From an uncultured Candidatus Saccharibacteria bacterium (GTDB taxonomy: Bacteria > Patescibacteriota > Dojkabacteria > J137 > JAEUSD01), in the NCBI GenBank assembly GCA_964446595.1, contig CAYUPY010000003.1, positions 1 to 55,801 on the forward strand: DNA of 55,801 nucleotides, read 5' to 3'. The position numbers and the translations under genes are program-made. How positions within the stretch are numbered: position 1 is the stretch's first letter; the number at the start of each line of letters is the position of its first letter. Positions 44,685 through 53,903 of this stretch are shown here, one piece after another. The notes under the pieces are model-generated. The model was given only the letters and a program-made list of their open reading frames with translations. It searched no databases and was not told where the DNA came from.

Positions 44685-46514
44685 ATGTTAGTTTTATTTT
44701 CCTATACTGAATGTGATAAATTAGCCAAAAACAGAGTGAAACAACAATACAACCGCTTTCAACTTGCCATCATCACCGGTATTAGCATTATGCTAATAGG
44801 TGTTTTATTTGCATACTTCCAGTTAAGTAGCTTTGGAGCAAATAACGCAGGCCGAAATAACAACGTGGCCTTAAATGTCTCCAATAATGTTGCACTTACT
44901 GGTGGTGGTACTGGAGTTGTAGTAGAGATCACAAGCGATGACTTTGTGGCAACTACAGGTAGTGGTGTTTTAAATATTGCAGAATTGGTGATCGAATTTG
45001 ATAATACAATACTAAGGCTAGATGACATGCAGGCTAATTCAAGTCTTCTAGCTCTTAACGAAAATATAAACAACTCAAACGGAAGCGCTACTATTGATTT
45101 GGCTCAACCAGTAACCGAATTCCCTGCTGGTACTACACTTGTAACGTTGACTTTTGCAGCCTTAGAGCAGACAGATACCGTTGTTAGTCTTGACCATAGT
45201 ACTACTTGGGGATACCCAAACCGTATGAATTTCGCAGCTAGCAATACTGACTTTGATGTCGACTTCCCTGAACCTTCAAGTAGTGCCACAACTAGCTCAT
45301 CTACTGCTAGCGGTTGTGCTAATACAGCAGTAGGCAATGGACGTTCACATCAGATCTGTGCAAACTACTTTATATTGCAAGCTGAAGACTTCAATAATGG
45401 CGGGAACGGCGTGGGATACAATGATCTTGACGCTATGGCTACTGATAGTGAATATGATCCAAACTATCGTTCAGGTGAAACTGTTGATGTAAAAGCTCCA
45501 GTAAATGGAGTACGTGCCGTGGGTTATAACCGTGCAGGTGAATGGTTAAACTTCACAGTTAATGTTCCTCAGGCGGGTGCTTACAGAGTAACTGCACGAG
45601 TCGCTATGGATAGTAGTTCCGGTCAGCTTGGCGTTGCAGTAAACGGTGGGTCTAACGTGGCGACCGGTACAGTACCAAATACAGGCAACTACAATACATT
45701 TGCTGATCTAGTGTTGAATAATAACGTAACCTTAGCCGCCGGTTCTCAGACAATCCGATTTAATGTTATTCAACAGTACTTTGATATCGATTACCTGAGA
45801 TTTGATCTTGTAGCTGCATCAAGCTCATCAACAAGCACTAGTACCTCTACAGCAACAACATCGTCAGCTACAACGACTACAACTAGCTCTGTATCAACAA
45901 CAACAACAACAACAACAACAACTAGCGTCTCTACAACCACGAGTTCTGCGACAACTAGTTCAGTAAGTACAACTACAAGTAGTTCTAGCAGCTCAGCTGG
46001 TTCTGATATCTCTAGATTGTATAGATTCTACAACACTGCAACTGGTGCACACTTCTTTACCCCAGATGAGGGACAGGCATTAAGAGTCTGTGAAAGATTT
46101 GTACCTCCATTCCAGAATGAGAGTATCGGATTCTATGTATATGGCAACCCAGGTGCTGGAAGAATCCCTGTATACCGATTCTACAACCCAAGTAAAGGTA
46201 CCCACCTATACATGAGCGGAGATGAGGGGAAAAGAGCAATTACAGAAGACCCTAGATTCAATACTGTATATCAAATCGAACCGATTACTGGAGAACCAGC
46301 ATTCTATGTAAACGCAGAAGCAGCTGGAACCCCAGTATATAGATTCTACAATGCGAAAACTGGTGCTCACTTTTACACCGCATCAATTACACAAAGGAAT
46401 ACACTGTTGACCAACCCATTGTTCTCAGCATTCCAATATGAAGGTGTTAAGTACTATGTACCAGCCGGGCCAAACGGTAGTGAAGGCTACACATGTCCTC
46501 AAGCCGCACAGTAG
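44685..46514 (+). CDS. anchored modular protein: cohesin-like + CBM6-like + long S/T linker + 3 DUF5648-type repeats
   Basis: 609 aa with a TM helix (LAIITGISIMLIGVLFAYF). Cohesin-like GVVVEITSDDFVATTGSGVLNIAELVIEFDNTILRLDD...GSATIDLAQP...TLVTLTFAALEQ (about nt 44901..45210). CBM6-like QAEDFNNGG...GAYRVTARVA...FDIDYLRF (45369..45806). Repeats at 46011..46463. Confidence 0.65.
   Translation: MLVLFSYTECDKLAKNRVKQQYNRFQLAIITGISIMLIGVLFAYFQLSSFGANNAGRNNNVALNVSNNVALTGGGTGVVVEITSDDFVATTGSGVLNIAELVIEFDNTILRLDDMQANSSLLALNENINNSNGSATIDLAQPVTEFPAGTTLVTLTFAALEQTDTVVSLDHSTTWGYPNRMNFAASNTDFDVDFPEPSSSATTSSSTASGCANTAVGNGRSHQICANYFILQAEDFNNGGNGVGYNDLDAMATDSEYDPNYRSGETVDVKAPVNGVRAVGYNRAGEWLNFTVNVPQAGAYRVTARVAMDSSSGQLGVAVNGGSNVATGTVPNTGNYNTFADLVLNNNVTLAAGSQTIRFNVIQQYFDIDYLRFDLVAASSSSTSTSTSTATTSSATTTTTSSVSTTTTTTTTTSVSTTTSSATTSSVSTTTSSSSSSAGSDISRLYRFYNTATGAHFFTPDEGQALRVCERFVPPFQNESIGFYVYGNPGAGRIPVYRFYNPSKGTHLYMSGDEGKRAITEDPRFNTVYQIEPITGEPAFYVNAEAAGTPVYRFYNAKTGAHFYTASITQRNTLLTNPLFSAFQYEGVKYYVPAGPNGSEGYTCPQAAQ
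46011..46463 (+). repeat. 3 x YRFYN..(T/K)G.H(F/L)(F/Y) repeats (DUF5648-type), protein 1 of 3
   Basis: RLYRFYNTATGAHFFT..., VYRFYNPSKGTHLYM..., VYRFYNAKTGAHFYTASITQRN...FQYEGVKYYVP. Confidence 0.7.
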
Positions 46515-46542
46515 CAATATACGATAAAGGATAACTTCCCCG

Positions 46543-46566
46543 GGGAGATGATTAAATTCATCTCCC
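46543..46566 (+). terminator. stem-loop terminator candidate between convergent genes
   Basis: gggagatga-ttaaat-tcatctccc followed by tttaactt, 29 nt after the stop at 46514. Confidence 0.5.
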
Positions 46567-46598
46567 TTTAACTTGCCTGAAAGATGAGTTTAGGAGGA

Positions 46599-47771
46599 CT
46601 ACTTTAACAGGCTTTTAGCCAGATTCATGAAAGGCCTTTCAATAAAGGCGTATATGGGAATAGATACCGCGATGGAGAATACGGTAGCTACTAAGAATAG
46701 TGGGGCGCCTAACGGCACCAAATTAGTAGCCTTAAAGTACTCAATAATGAAATCATGGGTAAGGTAAACGCTAAAGCTAATTGTACCGACAAATCTTAAT
46801 GGAAAGGACGCAAACAAACGGAATATAAGACTGCGGCGGTTGTAAATCAATAGTAGCATTAATACCATAGTAAAAAGACTAACTAACAAACTGCCTGTGT
46901 CCCCGTACGGATAACTCAGTCCAAAAAAGTCTAACGGAGCACTAGCGCCATTAAAAAGAACATATAAAGTATTCTTATTTAAGGCAAGTAAAGCAATTAT
47001 CATCACAGCGGCTACTCCATCAGCAAGAATGCTTATTAATCTTGAAGAAGTAAACAACTTAGTAATACGTGGTCGTGCTGAAGCCCACACCGCCACCAAA
47101 ATACCCACAATAAAGATATCTAAATGCCATTTACGCACGCTTATGACGCCCTCAGTGCCAGGGACCAGCCACTGAAAACCAAATACCTCTTTGGTAACGA
47201 AAATATGTGCAAAAGCAATTAATAGAAGCAAGATAATATTGGTTAACCAAAAGCGATATTTTGTTAATCTGTATACCACGAACATGATCACCGGTAGGAA
47301 CACGTAAAAGAGAACCTCTTGCTGGATAGTCCAAAAAATACCATCGCCTCGTATTAATAGAAGATGGCGTAGAATATCTGCCGAATACCAAAAACGTAGC
47401 AACCCTATAACCAATACCACAATTGCAAATAGCGGGTAAATACGCAGGATTCTTTTGGTAAAATAGTTGATGAGCGCGCTTAGCTGAAAAGCTTTACCTC
47501 TTTTCTCTAGGAACTGAGAGCTAAGCAAAAATGCACTTAAAATAAAGAAAATATAGACTCCTACCCTTCCGATTCCATATGCACCAAAAGCCACAGAATG
47601 CTCGACTATGACCATTAGCGCGGCGAAGCCGCGCAATCCATCAAGCGCCGTGTTTCTTTCTTCAGATTGGGCAGGAAATCGAAGGGTGTCGCGAAAGGCA
47701 GCCGCTATATCAGTTTGTAGGAACCTTGTAAGCCTCTCCTTCATAATCAAATGCTTCGAAACGTGGATCAT
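46599..47771 (-). CDS. acyltransferase family 3 (OafA/YrhL-like O-acyltransferase) membrane protein
   Basis: LDGLRGFAALMVIVEHS plus about 10 hydrophobic segments. The start is either ATG 47771 or 47744; both overlap the 3' end of the upstream gene. Confidence 0.8.
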   Translation of the reverse strand: MIHVSKHLIMKERLTRFLQTDIAAAFRDTLRFPAQSEERNTALDGLRGFAALMVIVEHSVAFGAYGIGRVGVYIFFILSAFLLSSQFLEKRGKAFQLSALINYFTKRILRIYPLFAIVVLVIGLLRFWYSADILRHLLLIRGDGIFWTIQQEVLFYVFLPVIMFVVYRLTKYRFWLTNIILLLLIAFAHIFVTKEVFGFQWLVPGTEGVISVRKWHLDIFIVGILVAVWASARPRITKLFTSSRLISILADGVAAVMIIALLALNKNTLYVLFNGASAPLDFFGLSYPYGDTGSLLVSLFTMVLMLLLIYNRRSLIFRLFASFPLRFVGTISFSVYLTHDFIIEYFKATNLVPLGAPLFLVATVFSIAVSIPIYAFIERPFMNLAKSLLK

Positions 47772-50700
47772 TTAAAATAGTATCCCGCTCGCTAACTTTA
47801 TTTGTATAGAAATGAACTCCAGCTTCAGTATTATAGAAGCGATAAACAGATTGTGCACCTGTACCCCCATAACTACTTCGATAAACATAGAAGGCTACAC
47901 TTTCATATTCAAACTGGGGAAAATCAGATATTACTCGATCTCGCTGATCTGTCGAGGCTGTATAGAAATGAGCTCCCGTGCTGGCGTTATAGAACCTAAA
48001 AACCGGCACAATATCTGGGTTCCCTGTTAGTCCTGAAGTAAATACTAGACCACGCTGCCCTTCATAGTCAAAGGCGGGGAAGTCGTTAATTACACGGTTA
48101 CGTTGACTCGCACTACTAGTATAGAAATGCGCACTTGTAGATGGATTGTAGAATCTGTATAAAGGTGTGCTCGACGGCAGTCCAATTGCGGTGGTTGCAG
48201 TAGCCACATTTGAATAGTTAGCAGATACTCCAGCTACGTTTTGAGCCTTTACTCTGAAAGAATAATCAGTATTACTCTGCAGGCCAGCTACCGTTGCTCC
48301 AGTGGAACCTAGTATCCCGTCGTCGAAGATTGTGTAATCGGTATCGGGTGCAGAGGTTAGCTTATACTCAACTATATAGTCTGTAATTACAGCTCCTCCA
48401 TTGCTCGGGGCTGACCAAGTTAGCTCGATAGCATTAGCACCATCTTCTACTGCAGCAAGATCAGCAACATCATTTGGAATAGTTACAATAGTGGCCTCAG
48501 CATAACTACCAGGGTCGTCGTAGGTTGCGGTACCCTCATTATTAATAGCTGCTACTCGAAATTGGTAAGTATTACCTACAACTAGTGTAAAATCAGGATT
48601 GCCCGCTGTAAATGTGTTAGAGATACTATTGGTTAGGAACGGACTCGACCAAGCACCAGGAGAGCCAGGGTTGGTATAGTCTCTATATTCAACTTGATAA
48701 TTATCAATCAACGTACCTTGGTCATTTGGCTCAGTCCAGTTAAGCAATACCGCCTGATCCTGCTGAATAGCCGTTAGATCTATAATAGGATCTGGGGGTG
48801 AGTTTCCATCATCGACATTCAAAATTAGAACCCAATCAGAAGCACCTGATGCTGGTGACCAAGACTCAACTGCGGTGTTTGATATGGAACCTGTTATATT
48901 GAGTTCGCTATAGGTACTAGCCCTTAAGTCAATGGCACGAGCATTCTTCACTGCCGTGTAATTAGGATTACTTAAATCTAGCTGAATGTTTGTATTGCCA
49001 GGATTTGCTGGTCCTACCTCTTCTTCGTAAATGATTATAAGCTCGTCACCGGTGGACGGACTTTCTAAACAAACTCCAGAACCATCATTTAGGCTAAATC
49101 CCGCTGATCCATCTTCAGAATCTCGAATTACACTTGCGGTACAATTAACCATGTCGGCCTTAAGATAGCGATTAACTATAATGGCACGATTAAGTAAGTG
49201 CTGCCGTGCTGAATAGGCTGTAGTATCACCACCAGGATGCTGGCGTGCTGCGTCAACGTTACTGACAGACCCTGCAAAATGGTTGGCTAAATCAAATGGT
49301 AAAGAAGTTGAGGTACCATCAATAATATTCTCATCAAAAGGACTTCCTACGTTACCCCAAATAGAGGCTATTCCACCTGTCATGGCCAAATAAGCTTGCC
49401 CACGGCCTGCCATTAAGTACGTATATGCGTTCGAAGCATCATAGTCACCTACCATAAACCTTAATTCACTGAAATGAGGCTGGACAGCACCTCCACTAGG
49501 TGGGACGCTACCTAGCAAATTTAGTAACAGATTATAACTCGGCTGTGAATCTGCCCATGAATATGTATTTAACTCATTAGATGTTAGTCCTACCTGACGA
49601 TCAAAAGTTGTACCATTGTCGTCGTTTGCAGGGATATCATCTAATGGCAGTAACCGGTCAGTATTGTTATTTAGTTCGCCGTCAATACGGTCGGCTGTTG
49701 CATCACCGGCAGTAAGGGTATTTGGATTATATTTTCCTTGCGATGTAAGTAGATGCATCCAGGTAGACTCAGATTCCATATAGTCATACCAATACTCAAT
49801 CTCAGGATTAAATGCCCATTCATCTAAATTATTTCCAAAACCCATTGTCCAGCCAGGTACGGCTCCTAGACGGGCCACAATGTATTCGTATAATCTGTTT
49901 GCTGTTGTTGAGCCGATCAAACCTTCTGAGTATGAGCCATCATTTAGGTTTTGATCTTCTAAAGTATTTCCCCATAACCATAAATGCGTCATACCGCCAC
50001 GTTCATATGTATGATTAATTACTTGCTCCAAGGCTTCAAAGGTACGTCTGTCTGGATTACGTTTATTAAAGTTATTGAATTGATTAGGACCGGTTGTGTC
50101 ACACTCACCATCTACTGCGGCGATATCAAACCAGCGACAATAAACAGGAAGGTTAAAGCCATCAAAACCGTGATTCGTTTGTGCTTCCGCAGTCTGATTA
50201 TGGTTGTATACAAAAAGGTCAAGGTCTCCTTCTAGCTTACCAGGGGTGAAAAAGTATTCGCTGGGGCTGGCGGCCATCACGAACGTAGGGCTAAACGCAT
50301 AATTGCCGTCCAGCCCTGACCTACTCCATTTGTTGGGATTTGCAGTATTTGGTACTACAAAACCTCTCTTTAACACATTATTCGCATTCGCCACCACGGT
50401 TACACTACCTGCCCAGCCGTCCAAGTCACCGTTCACATCCCCAGTACCAATGTCATCGCTAGTTGTAGCTATGGACCATTCACCAGTAAGGTCCCCATTA
50501 AATCTAAACTTCCATATACCTTGTGTACTACCGCTATCGCCGTCGTAAAACATTTTAACTGTCCTTACTTGACCATTAGCTGCTCCACTCGTACCAGTGA
50601 ATACCGCTGTAGCATCAATATCATAAGGGTTACCGTTATAGGCTACTCCACTAATCTCCCATTCTCCATATGGATAAAACTGTGTGATCTGTGTTGGCCC

Positions 50701-50865
50701 ACTAAAAGCACCTAGTGCGTTAGTCTTTACATCCGTATTGGCTGAAACGTTAGTGTAAATAAAGAACGCTACAATAATTAATATCGCAGCGATTGCTATT
50801 GCTTTGAGATTTTTAAGGTGTTGTAATACTTCCATAGTCTGGTACATAATATGCAATTCCTTCAT
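47710..50865 (-). CDS. anchored modular protein: DUF5060-like beta-sandwich + putative glycoside-hydrolase-like region + 2 FN3 + 3 DUF5648-type repeats
   Basis: 1051 aa with a TM helix (AIAIAAILIIVAFFIY). The N-terminal pattern YGEWEISGVAYNGNPYDIDATAVFTG...VKMFYDGD...WKFRFNGDLTGEW resembles DUF5060. Two FN3 domains (ITDYIVEYK...YSFRVKAQN). An alternative start at 50835 (MEVLQHL) is possible. Confidence 0.62.
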   Translation of the reverse strand: MKELHIMYQTMEVLQHLKNLKAIAIAAILIIVAFFIYTNVSANTDVKTNALGAFSGPTQITQFYPYGEWEISGVAYNGNPYDIDATAVFTGTSGAANGQVRTVKMFYDGDSGSTQGIWKFRFNGDLTGEWSIATTSDDIGTGDVNGDLDGWAGSVTVVANANNVLKRGFVVPNTANPNKWSRSGLDGNYAFSPTFVMAASPSEYFFTPGKLEGDLDLFVYNHNQTAEAQTNHGFDGFNLPVYCRWFDIAAVDGECDTTGPNQFNNFNKRNPDRRTFEALEQVINHTYERGGMTHLWLWGNTLEDQNLNDGSYSEGLIGSTTANRLYEYIVARLGAVPGWTMGFGNNLDEWAFNPEIEYWYDYMESESTWMHLLTSQGKYNPNTLTAGDATADRIDGELNNNTDRLLPLDDIPANDDNGTTFDRQVGLTSNELNTYSWADSQPSYNLLLNLLGSVPPSGGAVQPHFSELRFMVGDYDASNAYTYLMAGRGQAYLAMTGGIASIWGNVGSPFDENIIDGTSTSLPFDLANHFAGSVSNVDAARQHPGGDTTAYSARQHLLNRAIIVNRYLKADMVNCTASVIRDSEDGSAGFSLNDGSGVCLESPSTGDELIIIYEEEVGPANPGNTNIQLDLSNPNYTAVKNARAIDLRASTYSELNITGSISNTAVESWSPASGASDWVLILNVDDGNSPPDPIIDLTAIQQDQAVLLNWTEPNDQGTLIDNYQVEYRDYTNPGSPGAWSSPFLTNSISNTFTAGNPDFTLVVGNTYQFRVAAINNEGTATYDDPGSYAEATIVTIPNDVADLAAVEDGANAIELTWSAPSNGGAVITDYIVEYKLTSAPDTDYTIFDDGILGSTGATVAGLQSNTDYSFRVKAQNVAGVSANYSNVATATTAIGLPSSTPLYRFYNPSTSAHFYTSSASQRNRVINDFPAFDYEGQRGLVFTSGLTGNPDIVPVFRFYNASTGAHFYTASTDQRDRVISDFPQFEYESVAFYVYRSSYGGTGAQSVYRFYNTEAGVHFYTNKVSERDTILNDPRFEAFDYEGEAYKVPTN
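47713..48168 (-). repeat. 3 x DUF5648-type repeats, protein 2 of 3
   Basis: LYRFYNPSTSAHFYTSSASQRN..., VFRFYNASTGAHFYTASTDQRD..., VYRFYNTEAGVHFYTNKVSERD...FDYEGEAYKVP. Confidence 0.7.
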
Positions 50866-52774
50866 AGTCGAATTGAGGATAGGTATTTATTACTTTCTGC
50901 CGTTGCTGCTCACTAGCTGTATAAAAGTGAGCACCGGTCTCTACATTATAAAATCTGTAGATGGGCTTCGACTTTACTTTGTTCTCAGTATACACGAAAA
51001 ACCTAGGCCCTTCGTATTGAAAATCTGGAAAGTTATTAATAACTTTGTTTCTTTGTTGCATGCTCGCAGTATAAAAATGAGCAAGCGTCTTAGGGTTATA
51101 GAATTGATAAACAGGTGTTAACTCTACGCCGCTAATTTGCTGATCAAAAACCTGATAGGCCACACCCTCATATTGATACTGGGGGAAACTACTAAGTACT
51201 TTATCACGGTCAGTTTCACGGTTAGTATAAAAATGAGCCCCGCTTTGAACATTATAGAATCGATAAACTAAATCAGTTTGCGGCTGTTCAGTGCTATAGA
51301 AGTCGACCAGATCTAACGCGCGATCAAAGTTAATTGCTCCATGCCCGGTTTGATTATCCCTGCCAATCGCCCCTACATCAATCGCAGACTCTATCATTAA
51401 AGTAACTACGTCCTCGTTCGTTAGGGTACTGTCATAGGAAAGTAATAATGCAGCCAAAGCCGAAACCTGAGGCGCGGCGTACGAGGTACCAATACCATAG
51501 CGATTGGAATAACCATTATCTACGTTATTTGCATCACAAGATCCAAAACAACTAAGGCTCGATTGCCAGGTGGCGTTTCCAGCACTAGCGCCTGCTCCAA
51601 CATAGGCTACTAAATCTATATGCGAGCCGTAAGTAGAATAGTTACTTCTCGCTTGATCATTATTAATGGACCCAACGGCTACCACATTGGCAAAAGCCGA
51701 GGGATACATCTGCTCTTGCAAGCCAGTATTGCCAGAAGAAGCTACCACCACCACACCTGCGTCTACTAGATCCTGGACCGCCGAATTCATAAACGGGTCT
51801 GCGCTGGGACCGCCGAGGCTCATATTGACCACATCAGCGCCATACGCCTCGGCGTAACTTAGTGCGGTAATAAGTGCGCTGGAAGCAAACGAATTCTGAA
51901 AATGAAAACTAGCTGCTATCGGCATGATTGTGACATTAAATGCAGGCGACACAGAACTTGCCCCGTTATCCACTGCACTTGAAATCAAACCAGTTACATA
52001 TGTGCCATGACCGAAAGTATCAACAGGAATGCCAGCTTTATAATAGCTTTCATCTACAACTTGCGGAACCCCACCTATACAAGTATTACTTCCAGTCAAT
52101 AAAAAGGCATACGAATCTAAGCCATTGTAGTCATCAACTACTCCATTGCAGTCATCATCTAGCTGGTTGTCTGGTATTTCGTCCGGATTCGTATAAAGAT
52201 TAATATTCGCATACTCTGAATTAGCTACAAAGACAGCACCAGTTTGTCCACCCGTATCATCAAAATCAAAAGCTGCTAACCCCGTATCGATAACTGCTAC
52301 TGTCACATCGGGTGAACCGCCACAACCTGGTCCGTCAGGGCAGTCAAGGTGCTTCCAAGCTTCAGGTAGATCTTGATTAGAATAGTACCAATGGTTTGAA
52401 GGATTGTAATCGTCAGGAGTGGCAGTAGTAGTAGTTTCATCCCATACCGTAGTTTTGTATATATAGTTAGGCTGCGCAGCCTCTACATCAGGATTACTAA
52501 GCAGTTCTCGTAGTTGATCATCTATGCTTTCAGGCTCCACTACTAAAATTTCAAAGCCAACACCCTTACCATCAGAATCTGTGTTCCCAATTGCAAAGGG
52601 CTGAAAGGCGGGCTGGCGGTATCTCACTAATAGCTGTCCTGGCACATATTCTCCAGCCCGCAACAAAGAATCCACCTTGGCATTCATGGCCTGAACCGCA
52701 ACAAGCTCCTTACCGACTAAGATTGGCAGGGCCAAAATAATAACTAGGGCTATAGCCCAAGCTAACCGCTTCAT
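50813..52774 (-). CDS. secreted subtilisin-like (S8) serine protease with 3 C-terminal DUF5648-type repeats
   Basis: Signal peptide MKRLAWAIALVIILALPILVG. Catalytic triad contexts VAVIDTGL (Asp), HGTYVTG (His), GTSYAAPQVSA (Ser). Repeats at 50816..51274. Confidence 0.88.
   Translation of the reverse strand: MKRLAWAIALVIILALPILVGKELVAVQAMNAKVDSLLRAGEYVPGQLLVRYRQPAFQPFAIGNTDSDGKGVGFEILVVEPESIDDQLRELLSNPDVEAAQPNYIYKTTVWDETTTTATPDDYNPSNHWYYSNQDLPEAWKHLDCPDGPGCGGSPDVTVAVIDTGLAAFDFDDTGGQTGAVFVANSEYANINLYTNPDEIPDNQLDDDCNGVVDDYNGLDSYAFLLTGSNTCIGGVPQVVDESYYKAGIPVDTFGHGTYVTGLISSAVDNGASSVSPAFNVTIMPIAASFHFQNSFASSALITALSYAEAYGADVVNMSLGGPSADPFMNSAVQDLVDAGVVVVASSGNTGLQEQMYPSAFANVVAVGSINNDQARSNYSTYGSHIDLVAYVGAGASAGNATWQSSLSCFGSCDANNVDNGYSNRYGIGTSYAAPQVSALAALLLSYDSTLTNEDVVTLMIESAIDVGAIGRDNQTGHGAINFDRALDLVDFYSTEQPQTDLVYRFYNVQSGAHFYTNRETDRDKVLSSFPQYQYEGVAYQVFDQQISGVELTPVYQFYNPKTLAHFYTASMQQRNKVINNFPDFQYEGPRFFVYTENKVKSKPIYRFYNVETGAHFYTASEQQRQKVINTYPQFDYEGIAYYVPDYGSITTP
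50816..51274 (-). repeat. 3 x DUF5648-type repeats, protein 3 of 3
   Basis: LVYRFYNVQSGAHFYTNRETDRD..., VYQFYNPKTLAHFYTASMQQRN..., IYRFYNVETGAHFYTASEQQRQ...FDYEGIAYYVP. Confidence 0.7.
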
Positions 52775-52780
52775 GACTTA

Positions 52781-52804
52781 TGTAGTTGAATTAATTCAAC
52801 TACA
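52781..52804. promoter_or_regulatory. perfect 24-bp palindrome in the divergent S8-protease / GT2 intergenic region
   Basis: tgtagttgaatt|aattcaactaca ends 7 nt upstream of the protease ATG (52774). It could be an operator for a dimeric regulator or a 5'-UTR hairpin. Confidence 0.4.
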
Positions 52805-52850
52805 TACTTACAAAAATATCCATAAAACACAAGCTCAACCCATATTAACC

Positions 52851-52879
52851 TTGCCTATTCTACGTTTGCAGGCTAAACT
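52851..52879 (+). promoter_or_regulatory. candidate sigma70-type promoter for the GT2 gene at 52891
   Basis: TTGCCT - 17 nt - TAAACT. This would leave only a very short leader before the ATG. Confidence 0.3.
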
Positions 52880-52890
52880 CTTTCACAACT

Positions 52891-53874
52891 ATGGTAAAAA
52901 AATCTCACACCACAGAATCACCGGAAATCTATATCTCCGCAGTACTTCCAGTACATAATGAGGAAGGGAATTTAGAAGAATTACATGCAAGATTGACTGA
53001 TACCCTAAAAGGGCTAGATAAACCTTTTGAAATTATTTATGTTGAGAACCGCTCTACTGACAACACTGTAGAGATACTAAGGACATTAAAAGATGCCAAA
53101 TCTATTATCTTGCGTTTACCTATTGGTGCTGGTGGCAGGACTACACAGTCCATTGCCTTAGATGCCGGTATTAAAGAGGCAAAAGGTCAATTTATTGTAA
53201 CCCTGGACTCTGACCTACAGAATCCACCTGAGGAAATTCCTAAACTACTCAAAAAGTTAATCGACGAAGATTTAGACCTAGTCTCTGGCTGGAGAAAAAA
53301 GCGTAAAGACGGCGTCATTATTCGCAACTTATCTAAATTTGGAAGCTGGATGAGACGCAGTTTCTTAGATCCAGGAGTGCACGATTTAGGATGCACCCTA
53401 AAAGTTTATCGACGTGAATGCTTCGACAATATTGACCTAAGCGGCGAAATGCACCGCTATTTAGTGGCAATTTTGCGGTGGCAAGGGTTCCAGGTTGGCG
53501 AAGTGGTTGTAAAGCACGAACCACGCAAATCCGGTAAGAGCTCCTACAACTGGAAGAAAGCTTTCCGCGGATTTGCGGACATGTGGCTCATTTGGTTCTG
53601 GAAAAAGTACAATGATCGACCCTTACATTTATTTGGTGTGGTAGGTATTTTCCTCGCCATAGCTGGTTTTGGTTTGCTGGCCTTACTCGGCATTTTAAGG
53701 TTATTTAACATGTTGGCACTGGCAGACTCAATTTGGCCACTAATTTCTGTGTTGCTAATAATTACTGGAACCCAACTATTCGTGTTCGGCATTACTATCG
53801 ATTTGGTAATCCGTACTTATTTTGCCACAGGTCGGGAAAAACCATACCTTGTACGCGAAGTAATTGAAACGTAG
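52891..53874 (+). CDS. family 2 glycosyltransferase with C-terminal TM helices (polyprenol-phosphate glycosyltransferase, GtrB/ArnC/DPM1-like)
   Basis: Motifs ISAVLPVHNEEGNL, VENRSTDNT, TLDSDLQNPPEEIP (DxD), plus two C-terminal TM helices. Confidence 0.8.
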   Translation: MVKKSHTTESPEIYISAVLPVHNEEGNLEELHARLTDTLKGLDKPFEIIYVENRSTDNTVEILRTLKDAKSIILRLPIGAGGRTTQSIALDAGIKEAKGQFIVTLDSDLQNPPEEIPKLLKKLIDEDLDLVSGWRKKRKDGVIIRNLSKFGSWMRRSFLDPGVHDLGCTLKVYRRECFDNIDLSGEMHRYLVAILRWQGFQVGEVVVKHEPRKSGKSSYNWKKAFRGFADMWLIWFWKKYNDRPLHLFGVVGIFLAIAGFGLLALLGILRLFNMLALADSIWPLISVLLIITGTQLFVFGITIDLVIRTYFATGREKPYLVREVIET

Positions 53875-53903
53875 TATACTGAATTCAGATTTGCATCTGA
53901 AAA

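Noticed and set aside
1371-53792. Numerous 60-130-aa ORFs in the track lie antisense to, or out of frame inside, long well-supported genes. Examples: 496..705, 1371..1571, 1826..2152, 8071..8262, 14180..14792, 20018..20314, 20052..20513, 26754..27253, 29052..29602, 30344..30724, 37925..38233, 44759..45337, 49812..50715, 53187..53792.
   Set aside because: They are fully embedded in genes with clear family signatures or long modular architecture. Their composition is low-complexity or skewed, typical of shadow frames. None has a recognisable motif.
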